Assembly (NCBI GenBank): GCA_963822945.1
Contig: CAWGJO010000020.1
Location: forward strand, 672,001 to 736,000
DNA: 64,000 bases
Origin: an uncultured Gemmatimonadaceae bacterium
GTDB lineage: Bacteria; Gemmatimonadota; Gemmatimonadetes; Gemmatimonadales; Gemmatimonadaceae
Direction of reading: 5' to 3'
In this document: one piece after another, positions 49,386 through 58,985 of the stretch
Layout: the number at the start of each line of letters is the position of its first letter
Position numbering within the stretch: the first letter of the stretch is position 1
The notes under the pieces: generated by a model
What the model saw: only the letters and a program-made list of their open reading frames with translations
Told to the model about the DNA's origin: nothing
Databases searched by the model: none
Position numbers and translations under genes: made by a program

Positions 49386-50609
49386 GTGAGCACCGCGCTC
49401 GTCGAGCCTGCCGGCAGGGTGGTGAACCTCTCCGCCACCCACCGCCTGCTTTGCGCGTGCGCGCGTCGCGCCGACGATGCGGACTTCCCACTTCTTGTGG
49501 CGGAAGACTCCTGGGAGTCGGTCGACTGGGGATCGTTCCCGGCGCTCCTCATCCGCCACGGCCTGCAGGCTCTGGCCGGCGCCCATCTGGCCGGCGCGCG
49601 TGACCGCATGCCCGAGTCGGTGTGGCGGGACATTCACGCCAGCGCGATGGCGGCCCGTGCGGAGGCGCTCGCTCTTGCATCCGAGCTGTTCAGAATCCTG
49701 GACTGCCTGGCCGCAGCCGGGGTGGACACGTTGCCTTACAAGGGGCCCCTGCTGGGATGGGAGGCATACGGCGACCTCGGCGCACGGCCATCGGTCGATC
49801 TCGATCTCCTGATATGTCCCGCCGACCTCGAGACCGCGACCGCTGCACTCCACGAGCTCGGCTACCAGCCCGAATATCACTTCTCACCCGCCGAGGAGCG
49901 CTGGTTTCGCCGAGTCGACGGTGACTACCCGTTCGATCACGGCGTCACCGGCCGTCTCGTCGAGCTTCACGTCCGCGCCCTGTCGCGACGGTTCGGGCCC
50001 GGGCCAACGACGCCGGAACTCCTTGCGCGCCGTCGCGTCCTGCCGGTGTCGGGTCTGCCCGTCGCCGTGCCCGACGTGGATGATCTCTTCTACCTGCAGG
50101 TCGTGCACGGCGCCAAGCACCGATGGGAGCGGCTGGAGTGGGTGGCCGCCACCGCCGGACTTCTGCGGCTCCGCGACGGCGACGTATCCGCGCTCCATGG
50201 CAGCCGTTACCCAAACGCGCGCGCCGTGTTGCTCGGATGCCGGCTGGCCCGTGATCTCCTGGGCGCGCCGGTCGACGCCGAAACCCTGGCGCGAATGGGC
50301 AACGACCCTATGATCGAACGACTCGCGGGCGACGCCGTCCGGCGCCTGTTCGACGATGCCCGAACGGCCGACGATGGGCCCGACACCACGGCCGCCAAGC
50401 TGTGGTTCAACTTCCGGCTGCAGCGCGGGGTGGTAGCACGAATCCGGTTCCTGTATCGCTGGGTCTTCTGGCCGTCTCCGGAAGACTGGGAGCGATTCCG
50501 GCTGCCGGACCCCATGTTCTTCGCGTACCGCCTGACACGCCCCCTCCGACTGTTCTGGCGATACGCGCGGCGGATTCCCCGTCACGAGACCCGGACGCGC
50601 CATGTCTGA
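49386..50609 (+). CDS. Nucleotidyltransferase family protein (NTP_transf_5-like)
   Basis: LPYKGP, YGDLGARPSVDLDLLI (DxD), VELH, HGAKHRWERLEW; GTG start inferred. Confidence 0.82.
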   Translation: MSTALVEPAGRVVNLSATHRLLCACARRADDADFPLLVAEDSWESVDWGSFPALLIRHGLQALAGAHLAGARDRMPESVWRDIHASAMAARAEALALASELFRILDCLAAAGVDTLPYKGPLLGWEAYGDLGARPSVDLDLLICPADLETATAALHELGYQPEYHFSPAEERWFRRVDGDYPFDHGVTGRLVELHVRALSRRFGPGPTTPELLARRRVLPVSGLPVAVPDVDDLFYLQVVHGAKHRWERLEWVAATAGLLRLRDGDVSALHGSRYPNARAVLLGCRLARDLLGAPVDAETLARMGNDPMIERLAGDAVRRLFDDARTADDGPDTTAAKLWFNFRLQRGVVARIRFLYRWVFWPSPEDWERFRLPDPMFFAYRLTRPLRLFWRYARRIPRHETRTRHV

Positions 50610-52341
50610 ACGACTCATGCACGACCTCCGGACGCTGGGACGACGGCTGGTGCGCGTACAGGGCGCGCGCACGGCCGGGGTTCTGGCGCTCACCGTCGTC
50701 AACATGGCGGCGCAGGGCGCCACGGTCGCGTTGCTCGTCCCCTTGCTGCGGGTCGCGGGCGTGCCCACGGGAGGCGGCGTCGTGGGCGCGATCGACCGCG
50801 GCATCCAATCGGCCTTCCACCTCGTGGGGCTCACGCCCACGCTGCCCGCGGTCCTGGTGCTCTTCATCGCGATGGCGTGGGCCCAGGCGATGCTCGAGCA
50901 CCTGGAACTGGTCCAGACCACGCGTCTGGAGCAGGCGCTCGTGCGGGAGTTGCGGGAGACGTTGTATCGTCAGCTGTTGGCCGCGCGCTGGCAGTTCTTC
51001 ACCGACCGCCGCGGTTCCGATCTCACCCACGCCGTCACGCGGGATGCCGACCGGGCAGGAGCGGCCGTCGGCTTCCTCTTCCGAGCGGTGGCGCAGTTCG
51101 CGAGCGTGATCATCTACGGTGTGCTCGCGATCGCCATCTCGCCGGCGGCCTCGGGCGTCGCGCTCGCGGGCGGTCTCCTGCTCGCGCTGCTGCTCCGGCC
51201 CGCCTTGCGGAGCGCGCATGCCACCGGCGAGGCCTTGAGTTCGATCTCCGCCGACGCACTGGCGCTGGTCACGCAGCACGTGGACGCGATCAAGCTCGTG
51301 AAGAGCTATGGCGCCGAGTCGCGCACGCTCGCCGCGTTTCAGGCGGTGGCCGCGCAGTCGGCGGGTTCGGCGGTGGACGCCACGCGCGCCCATGCCCGCG
51401 CGCACGTCGCCACGATCGCGGGCTCGGCCACGCTGTTGGGCGCCATTCTGTTCGTGGCGATCGAGACGTTGCACCTCGATGCCGCGACGACGCTGGTGCT
51501 CGCCTTTCTGTTCTGGCGTCTGGTGCCACGGCTGATGGACGTACAGCAGAGCTTGCGGTACGCGGTGCACGAACTTCCGGGATTCCAGGTCGTGCGAAGG
51601 CTGCTCGAGGCATCGGCGGATGCCCGCGAGGTCGGGGCATCCGAACCCACGGCCGCGCCGATGACGGTCCATACCGGAATCGCGTTCGAGAGCGTGTCGT
51701 TCGCGTACGACACCGTGCCCGTGCTGCACCAGGTGTCGTGCGTCATTCCGGCCGGACGCATCACGGCCTTCGCCGGTCCATCCGGTTCAGGAAAGACGAC
51801 GCTCGTCGATCTGGTGTTGGGCCTGGTCACGCCCAGCGCCGGCACCATCCGCATCGACGGCGCGCCATTGACGGCCGAGCAACTCCCGGCGTGGCGTGCC
51901 GCGGTGGCGTACGTCCCGCAGGAATCGCTGCTCTTTCACGACACGATTCTCGCCAACTTGCAGTGGGCCAATCCGCGCGCTGCGGCCTCGGACGTCTGGG
52001 AAGCCCTGCGTGGGGCGGCGGCCGATGACTTCGTTCGCCGGCTGCCGGCCGGGCTCGATACGGTGGTCGGTGATCGCGGCGTGCGTCTCTCGGGGGGAGA
52101 ACGCCAGCGGCTGGCGCTCGCGCGCGCCCTCCTGCGGCGGCCGGCGCTCCTCGTGCTGGACGAGGCGACGAGCGCCGTCGACGCGGAGAGCGAGGGGCGC
52201 ATTCTCGACGCGATCGAGGTGCTTCGCGGATCGATCACGACCATTCTGGTGAGCCACCGTGCGGCCCCGTTGCGGCGGGCCGAGATCGTCTACCAGCTCA
52301 GCGACGGGACGATCGCGCCTCAGCTCTCCGCCGCGGAGTAG
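50602..52341 (+). CDS. ABC exporter, fused TMD-NBD, no peptidase domain
   Basis: About 6 TM segments, GPSGSGKT, YVPQE, LSGGERQR, LDEATS, SH. Confidence 0.93.
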   Translation: MSERLMHDLRTLGRRLVRVQGARTAGVLALTVVNMAAQGATVALLVPLLRVAGVPTGGGVVGAIDRGIQSAFHLVGLTPTLPAVLVLFIAMAWAQAMLEHLELVQTTRLEQALVRELRETLYRQLLAARWQFFTDRRGSDLTHAVTRDADRAGAAVGFLFRAVAQFASVIIYGVLAIAISPAASGVALAGGLLLALLLRPALRSAHATGEALSSISADALALVTQHVDAIKLVKSYGAESRTLAAFQAVAAQSAGSAVDATRAHARAHVATIAGSATLLGAILFVAIETLHLDAATTLVLAFLFWRLVPRLMDVQQSLRYAVHELPGFQVVRRLLEASADAREVGASEPTAAPMTVHTGIAFESVSFAYDTVPVLHQVSCVIPAGRITAFAGPSGSGKTTLVDLVLGLVTPSAGTIRIDGAPLTAEQLPAWRAAVAYVPQESLLFHDTILANLQWANPRAAASDVWEALRGAAADDFVRRLPAGLDTVVGDRGVRLSGGERQRLALARALLRRPALLVLDEATSAVDAESEGRILDAIEVLRGSITTILVSHRAAPLRRAEIVYQLSDGTIAPQLSAAE

Positions 52342-54788
52342 CCATAGCCGTAGTAGGAGTCGCCGTAGCGCCCGTACCGCGGGGTACGGGCGTCGGGATC
52401 GTTGAGCACCGCGCCGAGCATTCGGCCTCCGAGGTGCACGATCTGTTGCACGGCGTGCCGGGCCGCGACGCGCTCCGACTTGCCGGCCCGCACCACGAGC
52501 ACCACGCCATCCGCCTGGACCCCCATCAGCGCGGCATCGGCCGTCACGAGCACCGGCGGTGTGTCGATGAGGACCACGTCGAACTGTTCACGCAGCGTGC
52601 CCAGCAGATCGTGCATCCGTTCGCCGCCCAGGAACTCCAGCGGATTCGGTGGCAGCGTGCCGGCGGGAATAATGCTCAACCCGGCGATGCCCGAAGCCCG
52701 AACCGCCTGCTCGATCGTGGCGTTCCCGACCAGGAGATCGGTGAGCCCGGGTTCGAGTCCCAGGCCGAACACGTCGTGCACGCGGGCACGGCGCAGGTCG
52801 GCATCGACGAGCGCCACCCGGCGTCCCTGCTGCGCGAACGCGACGGCCAGATTCGCGGTGGTGGTGGTCTTCCCCTCTCCGGCCGACGCGCTGGTGACGA
52901 CGACGACGCGCAGTCCCGGCCGCGACGCGGAGTACATCAGGTTCGTCATCAGCTTGCGGTACGACTCGGCGCTGGCGGAGCGCACGTCGTTCACCATCAC
53001 CAGTTCGCTGCCCACTTCATCGCTGATGAGTCCGCGCTGTGGCACCAGACTCGGCAGCAGCCGATGGGCCGTCCCGCGCACCCGGGCCTGCCAGCCATCG
53101 CCTCCGTCGCCGGCGATCTGCGGGATCAGGGCCAGCCCGGGCACGTGCATGATGCTCTCCAGATCCTCCCAGCGGCGCACACTGCTATTCAGACGGTCGA
53201 TCAGCACGGCGAGGCCGAGGCCGAACAACAGGCCGAGGAATGCACCATAGAGCACCTTGCGACGCCGACCGGCGCCGATCGAGCCGTCGGGGTACCGGGC
53301 CAGGTCCACGATATCCACGTCGCCGGCTTCCACGGCTTCGGCGATCTTGGCCAGTTGCAGCTCGTCGTTGAGCTTGTCCGACATCTTGAGAATGTTGTCG
53401 GCATCCCGCTGCAGGCGCTGCTCGGTCTCCTCCACCCCCGGGATGGCCGCGATCTGCCGCAGACGCTCGTCGCGGAGGCTGTCCACCGCCGCGATCTGCC
53501 CGTCGAGCACCGTGATCTGATTCTGCACCGCCGCGCGGAGCTGCGGCTCCGTGCTGGCGATGAGCGCATCCACGCGCTCCACGGCAGGATGTTCCGCAGT
53601 ATGGGCAAATGCACCCGTGGTGAGTGAGTCACGCGCCTGCGCGTACCGGCTCAATTCGCTGAACAGCATGTTGATCGAGGCGTTCCCGGAGGGATCGACC
53701 ACGAACGCGAGCGTGCGCAGCACCGACACGTCCCCATGTTCGTATCGCTGGAGCGCGGTGATGAGGGACTGGTAGCTCGCCCGCGTGTTCCGGAGCGTCT
53801 CGGCTCGCTTGTTGAGGCTCGTCAACTCGGCTTGTTCGGCGTTGTACTTGTCCTGGGCGCTGAACGCCATCGTGTTCTTGCGATACGCCGCGATCTTCGC
53901 CTGCGCCAGCGCCAGCGCGGAGTCGGTGGTCCGCAACTGGCTCTCGATGAACACTCGCCGGCGGTGTGATTCCTGTCGCGCCGATTCGGCATTCTGCGCC
54001 TTGAACACCCGGGCCACCTCGCTCGCCACGTCCTGCGCTCGATACGGATCGAACGACGTGTAGGAGATGTCGATCACCGATGTCATGTCGCGCGGCTTGA
54101 CCACGAGCCCGCCGAGCACCTGATCCACGGCCTGGTCGTGGGCGAGGACGGCGAGCGTCGCCGACGCAAATCCGGGCGGTTGTGGGATCGTGAAGGTGAC
54201 CCCGCCGATGCTCACCGGGCTCCCATACTCACCAACGATGGTATCGTGAACGCCGAAGACCGTGAAGTGCGACTTGGTGAAACGGAACTCCAGCTTCGTG
54301 GGAGGCGCCGTCCGGTCGACGTGCACGTTCGTGAAGAATCCCATGTAGAAGCCGCGAGTCTGGCTCTGCAACTGAAGGCCGAGTGAATCCACCACCTGTT
54401 CGGCAACGATGCGGCTCTTGATGACCTGCACCTGGGTGAGGATCGGGTCCGTGTACCCGCCGAATCCACTGCCGTAATCCTGCACGAGATTCCCGCTCAT
54501 CGTCGCGCCCTGGTCGGTAAGCCGCACGGCACTGGACGAGCGGAACATCGGCAGGTCGTTGCGCGTCACGTATCCCTGGTAGGCGATTCCAATGACCGTC
54601 GTGAGTCCGAGAATCCACCAGAAGCGCCGGAGCACTGACAGGTACTGGCGCAGCGGATTCTGGTCGCCGACCGCCGCCTCCGAACCGAACCCCGGACCAA
54701 ACCCGCCCGGTTGCGGATACGGGATCGCCGGCAGCATTCCGCTTCGGATCTGCCGATTTGCCTCGGCCGGTGTTTTACGTTCCGACAC
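52320..54788 (-). CDS. wzc: Polysaccharide co-polymerase / tyrosine autokinase (Wzc/GumC)
   Basis: Two TMs flanking a coiled-coil periplasmic region, AESYRKL, SASAGEGKTT, VDADLRR, IDTPP, Tyr-rich tail YGRYGDSYYGYGY. Confidence 0.93.
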   Translation of the reverse strand: MSERKTPAEANRQIRSGMLPAIPYPQPGGFGPGFGSEAAVGDQNPLRQYLSVLRRFWWILGLTTVIGIAYQGYVTRNDLPMFRSSSAVRLTDQGATMSGNLVQDYGSGFGGYTDPILTQVQVIKSRIVAEQVVDSLGLQLQSQTRGFYMGFFTNVHVDRTAPPTKLEFRFTKSHFTVFGVHDTIVGEYGSPVSIGGVTFTIPQPPGFASATLAVLAHDQAVDQVLGGLVVKPRDMTSVIDISYTSFDPYRAQDVASEVARVFKAQNAESARQESHRRRVFIESQLRTTDSALALAQAKIAAYRKNTMAFSAQDKYNAEQAELTSLNKRAETLRNTRASYQSLITALQRYEHGDVSVLRTLAFVVDPSGNASINMLFSELSRYAQARDSLTTGAFAHTAEHPAVERVDALIASTEPQLRAAVQNQITVLDGQIAAVDSLRDERLRQIAAIPGVEETEQRLQRDADNILKMSDKLNDELQLAKIAEAVEAGDVDIVDLARYPDGSIGAGRRRKVLYGAFLGLLFGLGLAVLIDRLNSSVRRWEDLESIMHVPGLALIPQIAGDGGDGWQARVRGTAHRLLPSLVPQRGLISDEVGSELVMVNDVRSASAESYRKLMTNLMYSASRPGLRVVVVTSASAGEGKTTTTANLAVAFAQQGRRVALVDADLRRARVHDVFGLGLEPGLTDLLVGNATIEQAVRASGIAGLSIIPAGTLPPNPLEFLGGERMHDLLGTLREQFDVVLIDTPPVLVTADAALMGVQADGVVLVVRAGKSERVAARHAVQQIVHLGGRMLGAVLNDPDARTPRYGRYGDSYYGYGYSAAES

Positions 54789-55920
54789 GAATCCTCCCTC
54801 GAACGCGCCGACCGCCTTCCGTCATCACGCGGGCGTACACGGCGAGCGTACGCTCGGTCATGCCGCCCAGGCTGTACCGCTCCGCAACCCGGCGCCGCCC
54901 GGCCGCGCCCAGGCGCGCCGCAAGTGCCGGATCGTCCAGCAGGCGATTCACGGCGTCCGCCAGCACCGTCGGATCGCCCGGCGGCACCGTGAGGCCCGTG
55001 ACCCCGTCAACCGACACCCCCGGCACTCCCGACGGAATCCGCATGTTGACCACCGGCAGGCCGGCAGCCATGGCTTCGAGCTGCACGATGCCGAACGCCT
55101 CGCTGCGCAGATGGGAGGGCAGCGCGAAAACGCGCGCCGCATGATAGTACGGCCGCGTGTCGGGCACGTGCCCGAGCAGCGTTATCCGGTCGGAGACCCC
55201 GAGGGCCTCTGCTTCCGCGGCGAGCCGCTCCCGTTCGGGTCCCTGACCGACGATGAGCGCGTGCCCCTGGATCCGCTGCATGGCGCGAATCAGGAATTCG
55301 AGCCCCTTGTAGTACACCAGCCGCCCCACGGCGAGGACGATGCGGTCACCAAAGCGGTTGCGAATCGCCGCCACGGCAACAGCATCGGCGGCGGTGTATC
55401 CGTCGGGATCGATGGCCATCGGAATGACCACGCACCGGTCGCGGTATCGTTCGAGCATGGTCGAGGTGTCGAGATATTCCTGAGAACTGACGATGATGGC
55501 ATCGGCGCGCCGCAGCACGGCGCGTACGATGGGGTCGTACACGATGTTGAGCAGCCGCTGCTGCACGACGTCACTGTGATATGTGACGACCAACCGCCCC
55601 CGATGGCCACTGGCCAGATAGCTCAGGAAGGCCGAAGGATTGGGGTGGTGCAGATGAACCACGTCGGCCTGGCTGTCGCGGATCAGCCGCCGGAGGTCCG
55701 GACACAGCGGTGCACTCCGGACCGTGGCCCAGGTACCCACCCGCGTGACGGAAACACCGTCGACCACTTCGTGTGCGGTTCGCCGCGAACGGGCAGCCAC
55801 CAGCACCTCCACGTGGGCCCGGTCACGCATGTGCCGGCACAGCCCCTCGAGGTGGGTCTCCATGCCGCCCTCCTCGGGCGGGTAGAACTTGCCGACCTGC
55901 AGAACCCGCAGTTCAGGCAC
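54775..55920 (-). CDS. GT4 glycosyltransferase
   Basis: GKFYPP..GGME, GRLVYYKG, SEAFGIVQLEAMAAGLPVV. Confidence 0.92.
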   Translation of the reverse strand: MPELRVLQVGKFYPPEEGGMETHLEGLCRHMRDRAHVEVLVAARSRRTAHEVVDGVSVTRVGTWATVRSAPLCPDLRRLIRDSQADVVHLHHPNPSAFLSYLASGHRGRLVVTYHSDVVQQRLLNIVYDPIVRAVLRRADAIIVSSQEYLDTSTMLERYRDRCVVIPMAIDPDGYTAADAVAVAAIRNRFGDRIVLAVGRLVYYKGLEFLIRAMQRIQGHALIVGQGPERERLAAEAEALGVSDRITLLGHVPDTRPYYHAARVFALPSHLRSEAFGIVQLEAMAAGLPVVNMRIPSGVPGVSVDGVTGLTVPPGDPTVLADAVNRLLDDPALAARLGAAGRRRVAERYSLGGMTERTLAVYARVMTEGGRRVRGRIRVGT

Positions 55921-57058
55921 GGGCCACCTCGGCGTAGAGGGCGGCCATGCGCCGTGCGCATTCCTCCCACGTAAACCGGCCGGCCTGGGCCGCCGCCGCC
56001 CGGCGACGCTGCTGCCAACGATCGGGGGCCGTCGCCCGCTCGACCAGCAGGCCCCCGATCACCGAGGCCCAGCGGTCCACATCCGCCACCGCCGCGTAGC
56101 TCGCTGCCGTTCCCCCCACCTCCCGGAGCACCGGCAGGTCGCTGGCCACCACCGGCGTGCCGCATGCCATTGCTTCCACCACGGGCAACCCGAATCCCTC
56201 GGCTTCGGACGGCAGGAGCACCAGCGCTGCCCGGCGATAGGCGTCGGCCAGAACCTCCCGCTCTACCCGCGGCATCACCGTGATCGCTCCGTCGACGCCC
56301 AGCCGGCGGGCGAGCGCCCCCTGCGGGGCCGTGAACGCCCCGCCGATTCGGACCAGGCGCGCGTCCGGCACGGCATCGCGCACACGCGCGAACACGGTGA
56401 GCAGCACGTCGATCCGCTTGCGCGGAATCGTGCTGCCAACGTGCAGCAGCATCGGGGCGACGGTGCCGGCGGCCGCGGCTCCACTGATGGCCGGCGTGAA
56501 GGCGGGGTGGACCCCCAGCGGCACCACTTCGAGCCGCGTCGTGCGCAGCCCATGTTGCACCAGGGCGTCGCGTGTCGCCACGCTGTCGCAGGTCACCACG
56601 GCCGCGCGGCGCAGCCCGTCGAGCACGCGCTGTGTCATGCGGCGGAACATGGCGCCACGAGACTCGGTGGCTGGATCGAACAGCGACCGGAACGCGTCCA
56701 CGTCATGACACGTGACGATGGTGTGCGCGGCGGGAAGTTCGTGTACCAGGTGCGCATAGGTATGGTCCACGACGTGATACGCGTCGTGTCGGCCGCGGTG
56801 CCGGCGCAGCCATCGCGGATACCGGCGGTGACGGTCCAGATAGCGATTGGCGTTCACCACGGCCTGCACGTGCGTCATCCGGGCAGTGGTCGCCGGCCAG
56901 CGCGGCATCGCCGGACGGATCCGCACCGGATCGACTGCTGGCGCGGGCACGGCCGGCAGTGTGCGAAGCAACTCGTCGGCCACGAGATCCATGCTCGGCC
57001 AGTGCTCCTCGAGCAGGTCGCAGACGATTCCCACACCCAGCGGCGCGCCGGCGGTCAT
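55913..57058 (-). CDS. GT4 glycosyltransferase
   Basis: VTCHD, VGSTIPRKR, EGFGLPVVEAMACGTPVV; ATGA-coupled start. Confidence 0.9.
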   Translation of the reverse strand: MTAGAPLGVGIVCDLLEEHWPSMDLVADELLRTLPAVPAPAVDPVRIRPAMPRWPATTARMTHVQAVVNANRYLDRHRRYPRWLRRHRGRHDAYHVVDHTYAHLVHELPAAHTIVTCHDVDAFRSLFDPATESRGAMFRRMTQRVLDGLRRAAVVTCDSVATRDALVQHGLRTTRLEVVPLGVHPAFTPAISGAAAAGTVAPMLLHVGSTIPRKRIDVLLTVFARVRDAVPDARLVRIGGAFTAPQGALARRLGVDGAITVMPRVEREVLADAYRRAALVLLPSEAEGFGLPVVEAMACGTPVVASDLPVLREVGGTAASYAAVADVDRWASVIGGLLVERATAPDRWQQRRRAAAAQAGRFTWEECARRMAALYAEVARA

Positions 57059-57834
57059 CGGGGCCGGCAGACGAACCACGCCTGGCTGGCGAACTGGGGG
57101 CCGAGCCAACTCAGCGGCGAAAATCTGGTATCGATCACGCGAAAGGTTTCGCTCACCCGCTTGCGCATGGCCCGCCAATTGAAGCCTTTGTGTCCGTGAT
57201 ACCGATTCGGGATTCCGCTCTCGAACTCGGTCTCGTATACCGGTCGCTCGACCACGACCCGGTCACCCGGCGCGAGCATGCGGACGAATTCCCGCGTTCG
57301 ATACGTCTCCCGATGTCGATAGTCGCTCGATACACGCCGCGCGGCCACCGCCCGTGCGGCTTGCTTCACGACCAAGGGAAGGCCGGTCTCCACCGGAACG
57401 CTGATGATCACGCGTCCATCGTCCGCGACGAGCCGGCGCATGCGCGCCAGCGCGACATCCACGGCATCGGGCGGGCAGTGCTCCAGCACCTCGGTGCACA
57501 GCACGACGCCGAAGTTCCCCGGCGGAAGGGCGTCGCTCTCCTGGGCGAGCATGAACCGCAGGTCCCCCAGTTGCCCGAACCGTTCCGTGCAGACGCGCAC
57601 GAGCCCCGGGTCCACCTCCAGTCCCACCGATCCGGGAAACCGCTCGTGCGCCAGGGCGAGAAACGTCCCGTCGCCGCACCCGTAATCCACCAGCGGCCGT
57701 CCGCTGCCGGGCGCCACGAGGCTGAGCGCCGTCTCGAATCGACGACGGTGGCTCCACGACAGGATCGAGCACCCGCCGAACAGCTGCTTTCGGGCGTAGG
57801 TCCCTGCCGCGAGTTGTTGATCGTCGGAACGCAT
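57055..57834 (-). CDS. Class I SAM-dependent methyltransferase
   Basis: VDYGCGDG, CTEVLEH, IISVP. Confidence 0.88.
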   Translation of the reverse strand: MRSDDQQLAAGTYARKQLFGGCSILSWSHRRRFETALSLVAPGSGRPLVDYGCGDGTFLALAHERFPGSVGLEVDPGLVRVCTERFGQLGDLRFMLAQESDALPPGNFGVVLCTEVLEHCPPDAVDVALARMRRLVADDGRVIISVPVETGLPLVVKQAARAVAARRVSSDYRHRETYRTREFVRMLAPGDRVVVERPVYETEFESGIPNRYHGHKGFNWRAMRKRVSETFRVIDTRFSPLSWLGPQFASQAWFVCRPR

Positions 57835-58985
57835 CAGGATGCCACCAGTTGCTGGAAGAACGTCAGGTGTTGTCGTGCGACCACGGACCAGGCGAAGTCG
57901 TGTTCGGCGCGTGCGCGGCCACGGGTACCCAAGTCGCGGCGGAGGCCGGCGTCGCTCAATACGGTTTCCAGCGCCGCGATCCAGCCGTCGCGATCACCCT
58001 CTCCCACGACGAGTCCCGCGTCGCCGATGACATATGGAATCTCGCCGCTGTCACTCCCCACCACGGGCACCGCGCAGGCGAACGCTTCAACGATCATGCG
58101 GCCGAACTGTTCGCGCCAGCCGGGCGTGGTCTGGCTCGGCGCCGCCAGGACGTCCATCGCTTGCAGATACGGCGGCACGTCGTCGTGCGAGATGCCGGTG
58201 GCAATCCGGACCCGGCCATCGTGACGCGTGGCGAACTCGCGCAGCCGGTCCTCCCATGGCCCGCCGCCCACGAACAACGCGCGCCACGCGACCCCGCGAC
58301 GGTGCAACGCCCCCAACGCGTCCAGCAGCATCGGCAGTCCCTTGCTCTCCACGAACCGTCCCAGATACCCGACGACGGGAATACCGTCGGGGTCCCACCC
58401 GAGCTTGTCGAGCAGCGCCGTCCGCGCGGCCGCATCCGGCGCGAACCGGGCCAGGTCCACGCCAAATGGAATCACCGCGTGCGGGCGGGCCGCATACATC
58501 GGCCGGTGCGCCAGCGTTGCCTCGATCGACCTGCCGAACGCGATCCATCCCCGTGCGCGACGCATGCTGTAACGCTCGATCGCGCCGAACGGCGGCGGGT
58601 ACCGCTTCTCGATGTTCTGAAAGCTGGCGAACACCAGTGCGCCCCGGGACCGGTTCGCCCGCGCCACCTGCGCCGCCGACAGCACGTACGGCTCCTCCCA
58701 GCAGTGGATCACGTCCCACGGTTCGTCCATTACGGCTCCCAGCCCCCCATAGGTCATCACGTGCACCTGCGACGCGAGCCTGACCGGAAGCCTCCGGAGG
58801 TCGCATCGTTCGTCCGGATCGTGCGTCGTGACGATCGGTGCGAGGTCACCGGGATAGCGGTTCGGCGCCGCCACCGTGACCGCCCAGCTCCCGCCCGCTT
58901 CCCGGCCAATGGCTTCCGCCAGTTCTCGGTTGCGGCGTACGCAGTACGAGTGACCGATCGTCAGCAGCCGCCGGGGTCCGCTCAT
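57834..58985 (-). CDS. GT4 glycosyltransferase
   Basis: WEEPY, YLGRFVESKG, PSQTTPGWREQFGRMIVEAFAC. Confidence 0.9.
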   Translation of the reverse strand: MSGPRRLLTIGHSYCVRRNRELAEAIGREAGGSWAVTVAAPNRYPGDLAPIVTTHDPDERCDLRRLPVRLASQVHVMTYGGLGAVMDEPWDVIHCWEEPYVLSAAQVARANRSRGALVFASFQNIEKRYPPPFGAIERYSMRRARGWIAFGRSIEATLAHRPMYAARPHAVIPFGVDLARFAPDAAARTALLDKLGWDPDGIPVVGYLGRFVESKGLPMLLDALGALHRRGVAWRALFVGGGPWEDRLREFATRHDGRVRIATGISHDDVPPYLQAMDVLAAPSQTTPGWREQFGRMIVEAFACAVPVVGSDSGEIPYVIGDAGLVVGEGDRDGWIAALETVLSDAGLRRDLGTRGRARAEHDFAWSVVARQHLTFFQQLVAS

